A stretch of DNA of 64,000 nucleotides, from contig CM022672.1 in NCBI GenBank assembly GCA_012295275.1, forward strand, positions 24,862,001 through 24,926,000. The letters run 5' to 3'. Within the stretch, counting starts at the first letter, position 1. Each line of letters starts with the position of its first letter. The notes below the pieces were generated by a model. It did not search any database and was not told the origin of the DNA. It saw only the letters and a program-made list of their open reading frames with translations. The stretch comes from Chrysomallon squamiferum. Lineage: Eukaryota; Animalia; Mollusca. Below are positions 1 through 13,815 of the stretch, piece by piece. A program made the position numbers and the translations under genes.

Positions 1-624
1 TTTAATATTAAAATGAAACCTGTGACTGATATCAGTGTAAAGTGATGTATTAATTATAACAGAGTGACAGACATAATTAATTATTATGTACTCCAATAAC
101 AATTAATTAATATAAACGCCTGTCCACAGAAATATATTTATTTATTTATTTGTTTGTTTGTTTGTTTATTTTTTTTATTTGGTTGTTTGTTTGTGTGTTC
201 GTTTGTTTGTTTTGTTTATTTGCTTGTTTGTTTTGTTTTGTTTGCTTTTCACTTATTAGTTTAATATTTATTCACGACACGAGACACTGAAAACCATTAC
301 GTGGCTTCCCGATATTAATGTGTTCAAAATGGAGAACTTGTGGGAAAGCTTTCAAACCGCCTCCTTGTCTTTGACACAAAAGATTCACATTACCACGAGA
401 CAACTCGACTAAATGCTGCGTCCATCTGGGACTGACCGAAACAAGACAAACGGACATGATGGTATCATTACACGATGCCTATTCCCCTCTCAACCGCGGT
501 GATCGAGACTGGAGATTACAAAACGAGGCACTTCCTGAACAATTACTGTTACATCCGGTAGCCGAGGGTTTGGACGAGAAGCCGGACGCGCAGGCGTGAT
601 GCAGTCTTCTCAGATTCACCGTCA

Positions 625-1031
625 GTTTGTTGTGTATGCAGTATATTACCACAGACAGTTGTGTGTTTGTTGTGTATGCAGTATATTACCACAGACAGTT
701 GTGTGTTTGTTGTGTATGCAGTATATTACCACAGACAGTTGTGTGTTTGTTGTGTATGCAGTATATTACCACAGACAGTTGTGTGTTTGTTGTGTATGCA
801 GTATATTACCACAGACAGTTGTGTGTTTGTTGTGTATGCAGTATATTACCACAGACAGTTGTGTGTTTGTTGTGTATGCAGTATATTACCACAGACAGTT
901 GTGTGTTTGTTGTGTATGCGGTATATTACCACAGACAGTTGTGTGTTTGTTGTGTATGCAGTATATTACCACAGACAGTTGTGTGTTTGTTGTGTATGCA
1001 GTATATTACCACAGACAGTTGTGTGTTTGTT
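625..1031. repeat. 40-bp minisatellite, about 10 near-identical copies (GTTTGTTGTGTATGCAGTATATTACCACAGACAGTTGTGT)
   Basis: Exact 40-nt periodicity read directly; one A>G variant at 920; explains the three overlapping repetitive ORFs at 596-1099. Confidence 0.97.
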
Positions 1032-2095
1032 CGCGTGTAACACACACACACACAATCGAACGTTTTTCAAACCATAATCTACATCCGTTACAACGATAAT
1101 TTATTTATTTATTTATTTGTTTGTTTGTTTGTTTGTTTGTTTGTTTTTTGTTTTTTTGTGTGTGTGGTGTGTGTGTGTGTTTGTTTGTTTGTTTGTTTAT
1201 GTCCGAACTTATTTAATGAATTTTTTACTTGGTATTTTTTTTATAATGTAATTTTATCAGCTTTTAATATGCGTGTAAAATTTCCGATAATTCAGCTGTC
1301 GAAAGATTCATTTTGATAAAATAACATATATAGTGCGGTTCAAAATATGTAAATCTAAGATAATCAATCAAATCTTATCTTTATTATTAATACTACTACT
1401 AGTATTATTATAATCATTTTCATGAACATCATTATTATTATTATTATTGTTTGTTGTAGTTGTTAATAATAATATTATTATCATTATTAATTTTATATAC
1501 AATGTTGTTACTGTTGTTTCAATTCGTGTCAGTTTCACGTCGTAATTACAAATGCCAGAAAGTTGACATATGGAAAGTCGCAACATTACAGATAAGAAAA
1601 GAATTGTGACAAACATTTACCACAGTTTTTTTGTAATGCTGTCTGGAACTTGTAAAATCTTACATCTGGTTCTCGAACACCAGGATCACAATGAGGTTAT
1701 TTTTCACACGTAACATCGTTATTTTCCCCATTGCGTATATAGATGTCGATATCTGCCTTTTCTTTCTGTACTTCCAAGCCAGTGTTTATAGCGTGAATAT
1801 CTATGAAATTTGTGAATTTACTGCTTCGTTCTCTGTATGTTAAATACAGCACACTTCGCTTACTGAAGAGCTGTGTATTTGTTTGTTTGTTTTATTTTTT
1901 TTTTAAATAGTCACGTAGGACATACATAATTACGTACAAGTTAAATGCATATTTGCATATCTACGTATATACATTTTCATATATGCAAAATATTTAATTA
2001 AGGCATAAACGTATATACATTTAATTATACGTGCTTTCGTACGTTTGTACAATAATGTAAATCTGTAACTGAGTATATATATATATATACGCTTT

Positions 2096-2160
<65 letters not shown>

Positions 2161-2169
2161 AAAAATCTC

Positions 2170-2254
2170 TATATTCAGATTTTATTACTCTTTGATCACA
2201 ATTTATCATACATATATTCAGATTTTATTACTCTTTGATCACAATCTATCTTAC
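2170..2254. repeat. 43-bp tandem duplication (2 copies)
   Basis: TATATTCAGATTTTATTACTCTTTGATCACAAT.TATC starts at both 2170 and 2213. Confidence 0.85.
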
Positions 2255-2922
2255 GTACTTCGATATCGTAATACAATACACGCAGCACGCTACGGCAAAC
2301 AAGCAACAAGGCAAAACCATCTGTTGTGTGCAGGCCGGCGAAAATGATAGAAAATAACCAAATGTTAAAACGAAATCGATACGGAGTGACTACAGCGTGC
2401 AGTGAGCACTAATTAATGCACAAAACCCATATTGAATTCCCATATTGTCACATTTAAATGGTTGTAGATATTCAACATGGTTTGTGAATAATTTAAACAT
2501 TTCGATCGCGGAAGACTAACAATTGAGAAGAAAGAGAAAGAAATGTCTGATCTGTTAATCGATAGTTTTCAAACCTCAAAGTTACTTCTCATTGCGGAGT
2601 TAAAATTTAGATTTTCATTTTGTGGGGTATTTTTTTTTTGTTTCATTCTTTTTCATTTATTGTATTTATCTGTAGTTAAAATTGGCTGATTGCTAGGTTT
2701 TATTTATTTATTTAATTTATGTCTGTCAGTGTGTATTGTGTGTCGTGTACACATATGTTGTTGTGTATATAATGATTAGAACTGATGAACAGAAAATGTC
2801 CTTATTTAATATGAAACATGGATAGAAAGAAGAACAAATGGTTAAAAATGTTTTATTTTAATCAGTTGAATTTAAAAATAAATAAATAATAAACTGAAGG
2901 GAAAATAAAATTTGAAAAAAAG

Positions 2923-2957
<35 letters not shown>

Positions 2958-3430
2958 TTCATAATAAAAAGAAGAAGAAAACAAAGAAAAAACTTTTAGA
3001 TTAATAATGAACGAACGAGTGACTAGAATTTGATGAATATATGGCAACATGACAAAATGAATATTAGAAAACCACCTAACTGTTATATTAATTGCACCGA
3101 AACAAATATGATGTTCTTCTTCTTATTATTATTATTATTACTATTTGTTATAGTTATTTTTACTGTCATTGCTATTCTTATTATCATTATTATTATTTTT
3201 TGTTGTTGTTATCATTATTTTTATTATTATTATTATTATTATTATCATATTATATGTTACTGTTATTGTTGTTGTAATTATCATCATTATTATTATTATT
3301 TGTTATGGTTATTGTTATTTTTGTTGTTATTATTACTATTGTTTTTATTATTATTATTATTGCTATTATTATTATTGTTGTTGTTGTTGTTATTGTTAGT
3401 ATTACTGTTATTTTGTTCATATTACAAAGT

Positions 3431-3784
3431 ATATAACTAACTGTCCAGAGTACTGACTGTTCCACATGATCGCTATATATAACTAACTGTACAGAATACT
3501 GACTATTCTACATGATCGCTATATATAACTAACTGTACAGAGTACTGACTGTTCTACATGATCGCTACATATAACTAACTGTACAGAGTACTGACTGTTC
3601 TACATTATCGCTATATATAACTAACTGTGCAGAGTATTGACTGTTCTACATTATCGCTATATATAACTAACTGTACAGAGTATTGACTGTTCTACATGAT
3701 CGCTATATATAACTAACTGTGCAGAGTACTGACTGTTCTACATTATCGCTATATATAACTAACTGTACAGAGTACTGACTGTTC
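3431..3784. repeat. 46-bp minisatellite, about 7.7 copies (ATATAACTAACTGTACAGAGTACTGACTGTTCTACATGATCGCTAT)
   Basis: Units start at 3431, 3477 ... 3661 ... 3753, with a few substitutions per copy. Confidence 0.95.
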
Positions 3785-4385
3785 GCTAGATCGTTGACTT
3801 ACGGTGATGGTCAGGTCATCAAAGTGGACCAACGGTTTCGTGTTATTTTTCATCTCGGAAGGATATGGCACTTAGCCACTTTGTTGCTACTTATGTTTGT
3901 CCTAGTTCGCGTGTGAAACCTGAGGTTGACAAAGTATGACATCGTTTTTGTCCGATATACCCTACTGACCTCATACAAATTTGAGACAATAATCATTAAT
4001 AGTTTTTTGTTTGTTTGTTTGTTGTTGTTTTTTTAAAACTTTTTTCTTTATGTTATTCTGGTTATTCAGGTTACTGTTTCTGCTGTATTATTTTTGATAT
4101 TGGATAACTGCAAAGAAAATATAATAATAGAAATTGTAAAAATTAAAGTAACAGTGGTCATAGTAGTAGTAGTAATAGCAGTAGTAGTAGTAGTGATGGT
4201 GGTGGTGGTGGTCGCGGTGGTGATAGAGGGGGTAACAGTAGGTTTAACAGTAGTTGTAATTGCAGTTACAGAAGTAGTGACTGTAATAGTGTTAGTTGAA
4301 TTGTAGTTATTGTAATAATAGAAGCTGATACTAACAGTAGTTTTATCAGGAGCAATTGTATTTTTGTAATAGTAGTCTTTATAAT

Positions 4386-4420
<35 letters not shown>

Positions 4421-4476
4421 TAACAAAAGTTGTTGTAATATTAATAGTAATAGTTATAGTGGTATTAGTAGAAGTG

Positions 4477-4918
4477 GTAATACACATTAAAATTAAAATA
4501 AGTTATAACGTGTATGTTATAGGTGTGAAGACATGATAGTAATACACATTAAAATTAAAATAAGTTATAACGTGTATGTTATAGGTGTGAAGACATGATA
4601 GTAATACACATTAAAATTAAAATAAGTTATAACGTGTATGTTATAGGTGTGAAGACATGATAGTAATACACATTAAAATTAAAATAAATTATAACGTGTA
4701 TGTTATAGGTGTGAAGACATGATAGTAATACAGATAAAATTAAAATAAGTTATACCGTGTATGTTATAGGTCTGAAGACATGATAGTAATACACATTAAA
4801 ATTAAAATAAATTATAACGTGTATGTTATAGGTGTGAAGACATGATAATAATACACATTAAAATTAAAATAAGTTATAACGTGTATGTTATAGGTGTGAA
4901 GACATGATAGTAATACAC
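4477..4918. repeat. 62-bp minisatellite, about 7 copies (GTAATACACATTAAAATTAAAATAAGTTATAACGTGTATGTTATAGGTGTGAAGACATGATA)
   Basis: Units at 4477, 4539, 4601, 4663, 4725 (1 nt shorter), 4786, 4848, partial at 4910. Confidence 0.95.
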
Positions 4919-5199
4919 TTGACTGCCTAGTCGGGTAGTTTCTGTCCACTCGTTTCTGCTGAATTTGTCGTTTAAACGCTTGATTGGTCTGTGCAAGCTA
5001 TTGCGTTAGTTTCGCCTGGACGCATCACAGTCGACTGAACACAACAGAAATCGTTGTCTGAAGTGATATCCTCGGTGAAATCTCTCGCTTAGGAAAAAGT
5101 CAAAGTGGTTTTAGACACTGTTAATTATGCCTTATTTACTTATTTATTTATTTTGTTATTTATTTATTTATTTATTTAGTTATTTATTTATTTAATTAT

Positions 5200-5259
<60 letters not shown>

Positions 5260-5452
5260 AAATAATCATTTCACCCTCACAAAGAAAATGGCGTCGATAA
5301 TTTTTAAAAATCATATCCAAGTGAGAAAACATAAATAAACAGATTTCACAGTTTTTAGCGAATGCTGAAATTTTTAATTGCGACAACTTTGAACTGCGTA
5401 TGAATTTAGTTTCAAAAGTTTGAAAAAAATTATTAAAAATTCACTATAATAT

Positions 5453-5483
<31 letters not shown>

Positions 5484-5484
5484 C

Positions 5485-5515
<31 letters not shown>

Positions 5516-6157
5516 CTTATTTACTTATTTATTTATTTATTTTATTCTTTTATGTATTTCAGTTTGTAGTAAAATTTCTTACAAATATTGTTCTTGTTAA
5601 TTAATTAATTAATTATTTTAAGTAGTTTTACTACCAATGTTTTAACCTGTTATTAATTTAGTTGATAATATTGGTTTTGTTCAGAATCATTCTCGTTAAC
5701 AGATCTCTGAATCGCTAACAGCTCATTCGTTAAAACTCGTTACATCTAACGAACAGTTCCGACGATATCCGAACACTGCCTAGATTCGTTATAATCTATC
5801 ATCTTGTATATAATTTACACTCGAGTACCATCTCGCCTAGCCTAGTATCATCTTATCAAGATGACTGATAGCGGAATGACGCGCGTGAACCAGAACGAGG
5901 CAAAATTAACTTGTTGAAAGATGTATCCCGGCTGCCGACTGACACCATCAGATTTATTACGTCAAATAATACGTGTAATAGTAGACTGGTCTGTCCTCGA
6001 CTTGCGCTGTTTTGATAAACAGAGTAAATAAAGTGGTGAACGGATAACCAATCAATGATTGAAATGCGTCGTGGGCTGTGATTTTCTAAACAGTTAACAG
6101 AAACTGGTGTTTATTGCTATTGTGATAGCGGAGGCTTTGGAGATGTATATATATTTA

Positions 6158-6197
<40 letters not shown>

Positions 6198-6205
6198 TTT
6201 TTTTT

Positions 6206-6215
6206 AAATCGGCAT

Positions 6216-6276
<61 letters not shown>

Positions 6277-6586
6277 GTTAAAGCTGTTAACGCTATCCTT
6301 ATTATTTATTTTAAATACATTTATTTGAAGTAAAAATAACGAATTTTGATTTAAAATAAAAATAATATTCTGTTTTAGAACGAATCGTGCAGAATAAACC
6401 AATGCACAGGCTGCCTACCATACGTGTATTAACTTATTTCTTAATTTCGTTATATAATTAAATAATTATAAACAAACGAAAAAAGAAAGAGGGTGTTGTT
6501 GTCATTGTCGCTGCTAATGGTACTGAACTTACATCTTTTGTTGTCGTTTTATTAAATTGTATTTTATTTATTTCATTTTATTTTAC

Positions 6587-6645
<59 letters not shown>

Positions 6646-6653
6646 GATGATGA

Positions 6654-6684
<31 letters not shown>

Positions 6685-7030
6685 TTTAGTTTTTATTTAG
6701 TTTTTACAGATAATTATGATTTTCATTTGTTTGTTTTTTTATCGTATCTTTAAATCTTACTCTGTATGTAATATATAGGTGTCTGGGCTACATCAAGTTT
6801 TATTTAAATAACAATAACAAACAGTTTCTTTGTCGAGTGTTAAGAATAAAATATACATCTACTGCATAGCCCGCTACTTCAAACGAATAGTTTAACATTC
6901 GTGATCTACTCTCATGTAATTGTTAATGTATGTTGAATTCAACTTCTGTTCCAGTTACAGGACTTACTTTGGTTTATTCCTAGATTTAAAATATAAAGCT
7001 GTTAACGCTATCCTTATTTCGAAATATAAA

Positions 7031-7064
<34 letters not shown>

Positions 7065-7234
7065 GTCTTTCCTTTATTTTAAATTTGTACTATTGATTTT
7101 TATACTGGTATTTTCTTTTTTTTTTTTTTTTTTTTTTTTTTTTGTTCTTAGTTTTGCTTTTAGAATTTTCTGGCTTATTTTTATTCTTTTTTTTCTGAAA
7201 AACAAAATGTCTTTTGATGTTTTATAAATTATTT

Positions 7235-7325
<91 letters not shown>

Positions 7326-7337
7326 TGCCGAGATTTA
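6206..7337. repeat. Inverted repeat pair: AAATCGGCATGAT(CT)n..TGTTAA (6206-6281) and TTAACA(GA)n AATCATGCCGAGATTT (7233-7337), plus an internal 25-bp direct repeat
   Basis: Unique flanks on both sides of the TC/GA tracts are reverse complements of each other. TAAAGCTGTTAACGCTATCCTTATT occurs at 6279-6303 and 6994-7018. Confidence 0.7.
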
Positions 7338-10219
7338 TGAATATAAATAAAATAAAAGTAATTTTTTCATCGGAAAGGAGTCTGCTGGTGATAAATTTGT
7401 TAGTTTGTTACAATGAATGAAGAAATTCTGTCTTGCTTCCCAGCAGGATTCGAGTACTTATCGTTCCTCGCAATCTAAGCAAGATGTCTCCGGTGTCCAC
7501 CATATTGGAAGTCACGCTGCAGACGAGATCTCGTGTCGATTTCTATCAGCAGCAGCGTGGGAATCCCTGGGGTAGGAGCTCCATGTCGTCTACCCTGCTG
7601 AGTTCCGAAAGATATCACTCTCTGAGATTGACAAATTCGTTTTTGATTTACCGTTTAATGGCGGCAGCTTCGCATGTTTTGTCTTCGTCGAGATGTTAGT
7701 TGTGATTGGAATCTGATGAGTTAAATAAAATATAGAAAACAGTTTAAACAAACGCCCATTCTCAACAAAAAACTTTCATAATTATTTGAAGCCAAAAATT
7801 TGAATACATTCCTAGAAATACAAGAATGTATTAAGTTTTTTCTTAGAATAAATTCTATTTTCTCCTAAAAGTTTATAATTTCTTATTTTAATTATAATTA
7901 TACTAAAAATTAAAAAATTAAGACATAACTGGAGTAATTAAAAATTGCCCTCAGTAGGAAAAGAAATATATATTATTAGCAGAAATAATATTCGTAAAAG
8001 GAAGAAGAAAAACATCTTTTGAAGATTAAAATAATTTCTCAATTCAAATTGATAATGATCAGCTGGACTCACTGATTTCTTAGCAAGATAAGAAAAAGAA
8101 AATAAATAATTACGATCATTGTGGCATAGTGAGAAAAATAATAAATAGATTTTAAAGAGCACCATTAAACAATGCAAACATATTATTATATCTTCCTAAG
8201 CAATTACAAGGATTATAGAAACTAATAAGAACGATTTACTTATGCAATTATTTATCTTGCAACAATCCGTGATTAATCAAACAGTATGTTCTAGCAAGTA
8301 AGTTGTTTGTTTATCTCATTCAGATGTAACCTAATTATATCATCAAGCTACTAACTTACTTGTTTGTTTATTTATTTCAGGGCTGTATAATCAAGCTGGG
8401 TCGTTAAACAAAACTAACTACTTCTTTATTTATTTGTTAGCTTATTTCACTTAGAAATATTGTAACAATTACGTGGCGCAAGCCAATGAATGTTAATATA
8501 CGCTGAACGATATCATACTACTAAAGGTACATGACGGTTACATAAACTTTCTTCTTGTTTTTGATTTTCATATTTCCTCTCTGGTTGCAAGCTTTTACCG
8601 GTGTTTTGAGTTTGCTGGGTTTATCGAGTACATCTATGACACTTGACAATGTTGTTCGTATGTCAAACATTTCATGATCCGTCAAAGAGCTCGAGAGCCG
8701 TGCATCGGCACTAAAGGCGCTGTTGACACGGTCGTTCATATTACAGCACACGCCGTGCGCATCTAAAATGTCCATAAACGTTCCATTATACACTCTTAAA
8801 TTCGGTTTGTCATGTTACCCGCCACTGTTTGGTGATCAGTTCGGAGATAAGGCAATCGTTTTGGAAATCAGACTTGTGTTTTCAGAAAAGACTGTTTTGA
8901 ACTAATGATATGTGTTACCGTTTAAACTTGCATTTAGTGAGCAGTGCGCTGGGGATACGATTGCATTGTGTGTGCCAGGTTTGACGTCAAAGAATCATTA
9001 CTGTAGAAATCCACATTTAAATATATGAAAAGTATTCTGAGTTAGTGTCCTTTTTTTATTATCTTTCTGTCATCAGTCTGGTACGACATAATATCGACGG
9101 CCAGAATTACAATACTGTGTATTGTTATAACAAAATATACATCGAAGACAACTTTGGCGTTGGTCTTACCGTATATTATGACCATACGCGTACTGGTATT
9201 TGTCTACAACTACGTCATTGTCGACTGGTCCGACGTTGCTGCGGACTGTTAATGATAACGATCCTCATAGTGATATCGACATCATGACTGGATGATTTCA
9301 GCAAAGTTTCGCTTCTGATGAAAACCGATATGAACAGTGTGGGTAATTCCGGCATTTTGCACCGATTACTTTACGCTGGCCCGCTGACAGTGAGCTGTTA
9401 GCCCAGCCTCGCTAGCTGACAGCTTCATCCCCTCACCGAGTCTGGATCTCATTCTCTCTCTTCTCTATTAGCTCAATTTCATATCCACACATCTTTGAGG
9501 TCCACCATTTCCGGCGGGATGCCCCCAGATAGCATTTCTTCTCATAATCTGACTGTTTGCCAATTGATTTTTATTCATAATTAGTGAGTCGACGACGTTC
9601 GCACAAAAGCCGGAGTTAACGGAGCGAGCTGTAGGGCCGTATGTTTTCCGCCGGCTTTAAATCAGATATGAATATTCATGAAGTCATAATATGGTTTTGA
9701 ATTAATTTTTTTTAATTTTTTTTTGTTTTTTTGTTAAAGTTACTGATGTGTGATATTCAATAATTGTGAGAGTTTGAAATACAAGTACACCGAGTTCATA
9801 CTGTGTACTCTGAAATACATGCAAACACATAGCTTTGTTTACTATAATACAATAAATATATACATAAAAAAAAGCAAAGAAAGAAAGAAAAAATTAATAA
9901 TAGACAGTTTTAAATCTTTTTCGATTATATATATATATATGCCACTTTGATAATCAGAAGTTAAACAATTAAAATGTTTAAATCATTTTTGTTTCACTAA
10001 ATTAATTTTAAAAATACATTTAAAGATTATTTGTTCAAACGAGGACTTTGCAATTAAATTCAAACGAAAATGTATATAAAAATTTTTTATAAAATTATAA
10101 AATGATAAATATAAATATTTGTTTAAAGGGTCTTTAATTGATTATTATTACTATCATCATCACAGACATCACCTTCTTCTTCATCATAATAATGATTTTT
10201 GTTTTACTGGTTATTATTA

Positions 10220-10317
<98 letters not shown>

Positions 10318-10380
10318 ATCAAATCGTTTAATAAGGACATCACTAGTAACAATTTAAATATTTTAATTTTATTTCTGCAG

Positions 10381-10586
10381 TGATGGAAAATCCAGATCGT
10401 CCAGGAGAAGTGATGGACAGAGATGACTACCAACATCAGAGTGCACGACAGAAGAGGGTGAGGACGTCGTTCAAACATCATCAGCTGAGGACGATGAAGT
10501 CGTACTTCGCTCTCAACCACAATCCAGACGCCAAAGACCTCAAACAGCTGGCTCAGAAAACAGGATTATCAAAACGTGTTCTTCAG
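10381..10586 (+). CDS. Lhx2/9: LIM-homeobox Lhx2/9 (apterous) penultimate coding exon, homeodomain helices 1-3
   Basis: Acceptor ttttatttctgcag ends at 10380 (phase 1); encodes ..QKRVRTSFKHHQLRTMKSYFALNHNPDAKDLKQLAQKTGLSKRVLQ, the Lhx2/Lhx9/apterous homeodomain signature; donor CAG|gtactc at 10587. Confidence 0.97.
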
Positions 10587-10800
10587 GTACTCATTATTTC
10601 TTCATTATTTTTATTTTTATTTTATTTTATTTTATTTTATTTTATTTTATTTTATTTTTTTATTTTTGTTTTTGTTTTTTAGTTTTGTTTAGTTTAATAT
10701 ATATCGATCGTATATCTCTTGGACATTTTAAATTGTTTTGTTTAGGAAAACTAAAAAAAATAACACCAACAACCACACCCACAACAACAGCAGCAATAAC

Positions 10801-10842
<42 letters not shown>

Positions 10843-10882
10843 CTGTAAGAACATCAATAAAACTACGCCTATAAGGGTGTAG

Positions 10883-10913
<31 letters not shown>

Positions 10914-11714
10914 CAATAAAAGCAATGACAACAACATCATCAGCTTGAACAAAGGTATAATATATACTAAATAACATCAACTACTGCTACAACAACAACA
11001 ACAACAACAACAACTACAACAGCAGCAGCACCCAGCAAATCACTGGTTGATATACAAACTCTATCAACTTCACATTATTATAAAACAAGTTCATCATCTT
11101 TTGTGCCGAGTTTTCCCTCTTCAGATGAAGAACACACAGGTGATGGCGGGCGACATTTTTCAGTTGGTTTTCCATTGTGTGGCTGACATTTATCGAAAAC
11201 AAAACTCACACGACTCCACCGGTGACGGTCCGTGTTTTGCACGGGTGCGAGGGCCTGAGCTGCAATTGTCTCTACTTCTTCTTGGACCACACAGTGTTGG
11301 ACACTTGACTATTCCCAAAGCGCTCTCTTTACGCTCCGTATTGACGAGTGTTTGATCAAGATCCATTTACACCTGTGTTAGTGGCAAGTGAACGCCGAGC
11401 CCAGCCCACACAATACTCGTTTATATACCTGTATACAACTTGCACTCCGTGGTCGCGTCCCGCTCTCGGCCTCCTTTTTGTCACCAGTATTTTTCTGTTT
11501 GTGCCTAAACAGCACTTCTGTGTGTTGATTCTGAGCGAGGACTCATGCCGTAGTGAAACTGTTTTGACATCCGTCTCAAAGGGTCTATTACCCTCCCAAA
11601 TATGTAGGTGATCTTACCACCAGTTTAAAGGGGCTCTGTACTCGTAATGCCGCGGTTGGGTTCACAAATGTATTTTAGTGTATGCATTCTTCTTCAACTG
11701 GAGTGTATTATATG

Positions 11715-11784
<70 letters not shown>

Positions 11785-11787
11785 TTA

Positions 11788-11836
<49 letters not shown>

Positions 11837-13376
11837 CATTATTATTATTATTATTATTATTATATTCAAATTAACAAACAAAAACAAATTATACCATTAA
11901 TATACAAACATTACTAAACCTAAAACAAATTTAAATTTAAAAATGATTGACGAATCGTTATACTCAATATAATTCCAATTAAAACATGTCTATATTTTAA
12001 TGCTTATTAAAGTTTTATAATAAATAAGTAAATAAACAAACGAACAAAAATATAAATGAATAACCGAACGAACGAACGAACGAATGAATAAATAAATAAG
12101 TAAATAAATAAATATCATTATTATCTATTTATCTTCTTTTTTTTTTTTTTTTTTATGAAATCATATTTTTTTTAAAGAACATTCATCTTTAAAAGATATT
12201 TTTTTGTTAATAATTATCATTTTCTTTGAATAACAAAAAACTTTTATATTTTGATTTTCGTTGATTGCTTTTTATGCTTTTTTGAATTTTATATAAAAGT
12301 AAACAAACAAAAAATATTCGAACAACAGTAAATAAATAAATAAATGAATGAATAATAAATAAATGAATGAACAAATGAATGAATGAATAAATAAATAAAT
12401 AAACAAACAAATAAATAAATGAAAATAAATACTTCCATTCTCTAATAATTATTAATCTTCCAATATAATTTTAAAATATTAATTTTATTTATTTTTTTAT
12501 TTATTTATTTATTTTAATGTCATCGAAAATTTCATTTACAAAAATTATAACTATTGAAAGGAAAACTTGAAAAACTGACTGATAAAGAATAAAGAAATAA
12601 ATAACAGAAATATGTAACTTGTATTTTTTCATAATTTACAATTATATTTACAAATGAACATCAGTCAGTAAAATACATACTACTTTAATTTAATTATCCA
12701 TTTACGAATATTCTTTTTAACTAAAACTCATTTCTGTTTATATATATAAAATATAAACACATACCCACAAACATATTATTTTGTTATACAAATACACTGT
12801 AGAAAACACCTTTAACAACAGATGAGAGGCAAAATAATAATAAAATATAAAAAAAAAAAAAAAATTATGAGGTGGGCGGTTCTTTACTTCTGTTTGCCTG
12901 ATGTGTCTATATACCCGGCGCTTTTCGCACTTGTCAAATATTTATCTCAACACTTATGAAGCTAAAATATAAATTTTCTATAGTTTCCGACACGCTTGCG
13001 GTCCCCTTGGTGCTTCGCTGACATTTTAACCGTGCCCTCGCACGTCTGCTTATTTGCATTAACCAACTTTTGAGTTTTCCTATGCATTTACAAATACCAC
13101 GGTGAGAAGTTTGTTCGTGTGCAATACACTGAATGGATATGGGGACCAGTGTGCTTTGTGCGAACCTGCGTTTGGGATATCCTACATCGAGAAACAAACT
13201 CACTCACGTAGATCGGTTTTGTTCTGCATGAGACAGATACAGACAGCAGAGTGCGTAGCTGAAACTGTTCAAGTTTATTGCTTATAATGATAATGTTGAT
13301 GATAGAAAAGATGATGATTATCAAAATCATGAAGATGATGATAAAAATAATAATAGAAGAAGCCCTAGTATCAGTA

Positions 13377-13407
<31 letters not shown>

Positions 13408-13767
13408 TAATAACAACAACAACAATAACAACAACAACAACAACAATAATAATAATAATAATAATAAAATAATAATAATACCAAACATAAATAATTTAAA
13501 TAAACTTTTATTTTTAGACATAAAATTAAGAAGAACGAAATTTATTAATAGTTAAGAAACGAAGATGAAATGAAAATAATTTGTAAAAATTAACTGCTCA
13601 GATTAGTTAAAAATGTTTTCTTTGTAATAAATAATTAATAATTATGTGTACACTTAAATTAAATAAAATAAATAAATAAATATATAAATAAATAACCAAA
13701 CAAGTAAATATATAAATTAACAAATCAAACATATATTCAGTTCTAAAATAAATAAATATATAAATAT

Positions 13768-13815
<48 letters not shown>

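Noticed and set aside
596-1099. Three overlapping Cys-rich ORFs (137-167 aa); superficially CRISPR-like regularity
   Set aside because: A stop-free 40-bp tandem unit cycles through all frames. Units are contiguous with no unique spacers, and there are no cas genes in this eukaryotic context.
9606-9658. AAAGCCGG...CCGGCTTT inverted repeat as a possible pre-miRNA
   Set aside because: Only 8 bp pair cleanly; the interior pairs poorly and matches no miRNA I recognise.
1-10380. Search for upstream LIM-domain or GRPRKRK exons of Lhx2/9, including the LRRKRKK-like stretch near 2523
   Set aside because: No LIM Cys/His pattern or convincing splice-bounded exon found; these exons probably lie upstream of the window.
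10587-10682. ORF-track extension of the homeodomain (VLIISSLFLFLF...)
   Set aside because: Read-through into the intron; the true continuation VWFQN is at 16109.
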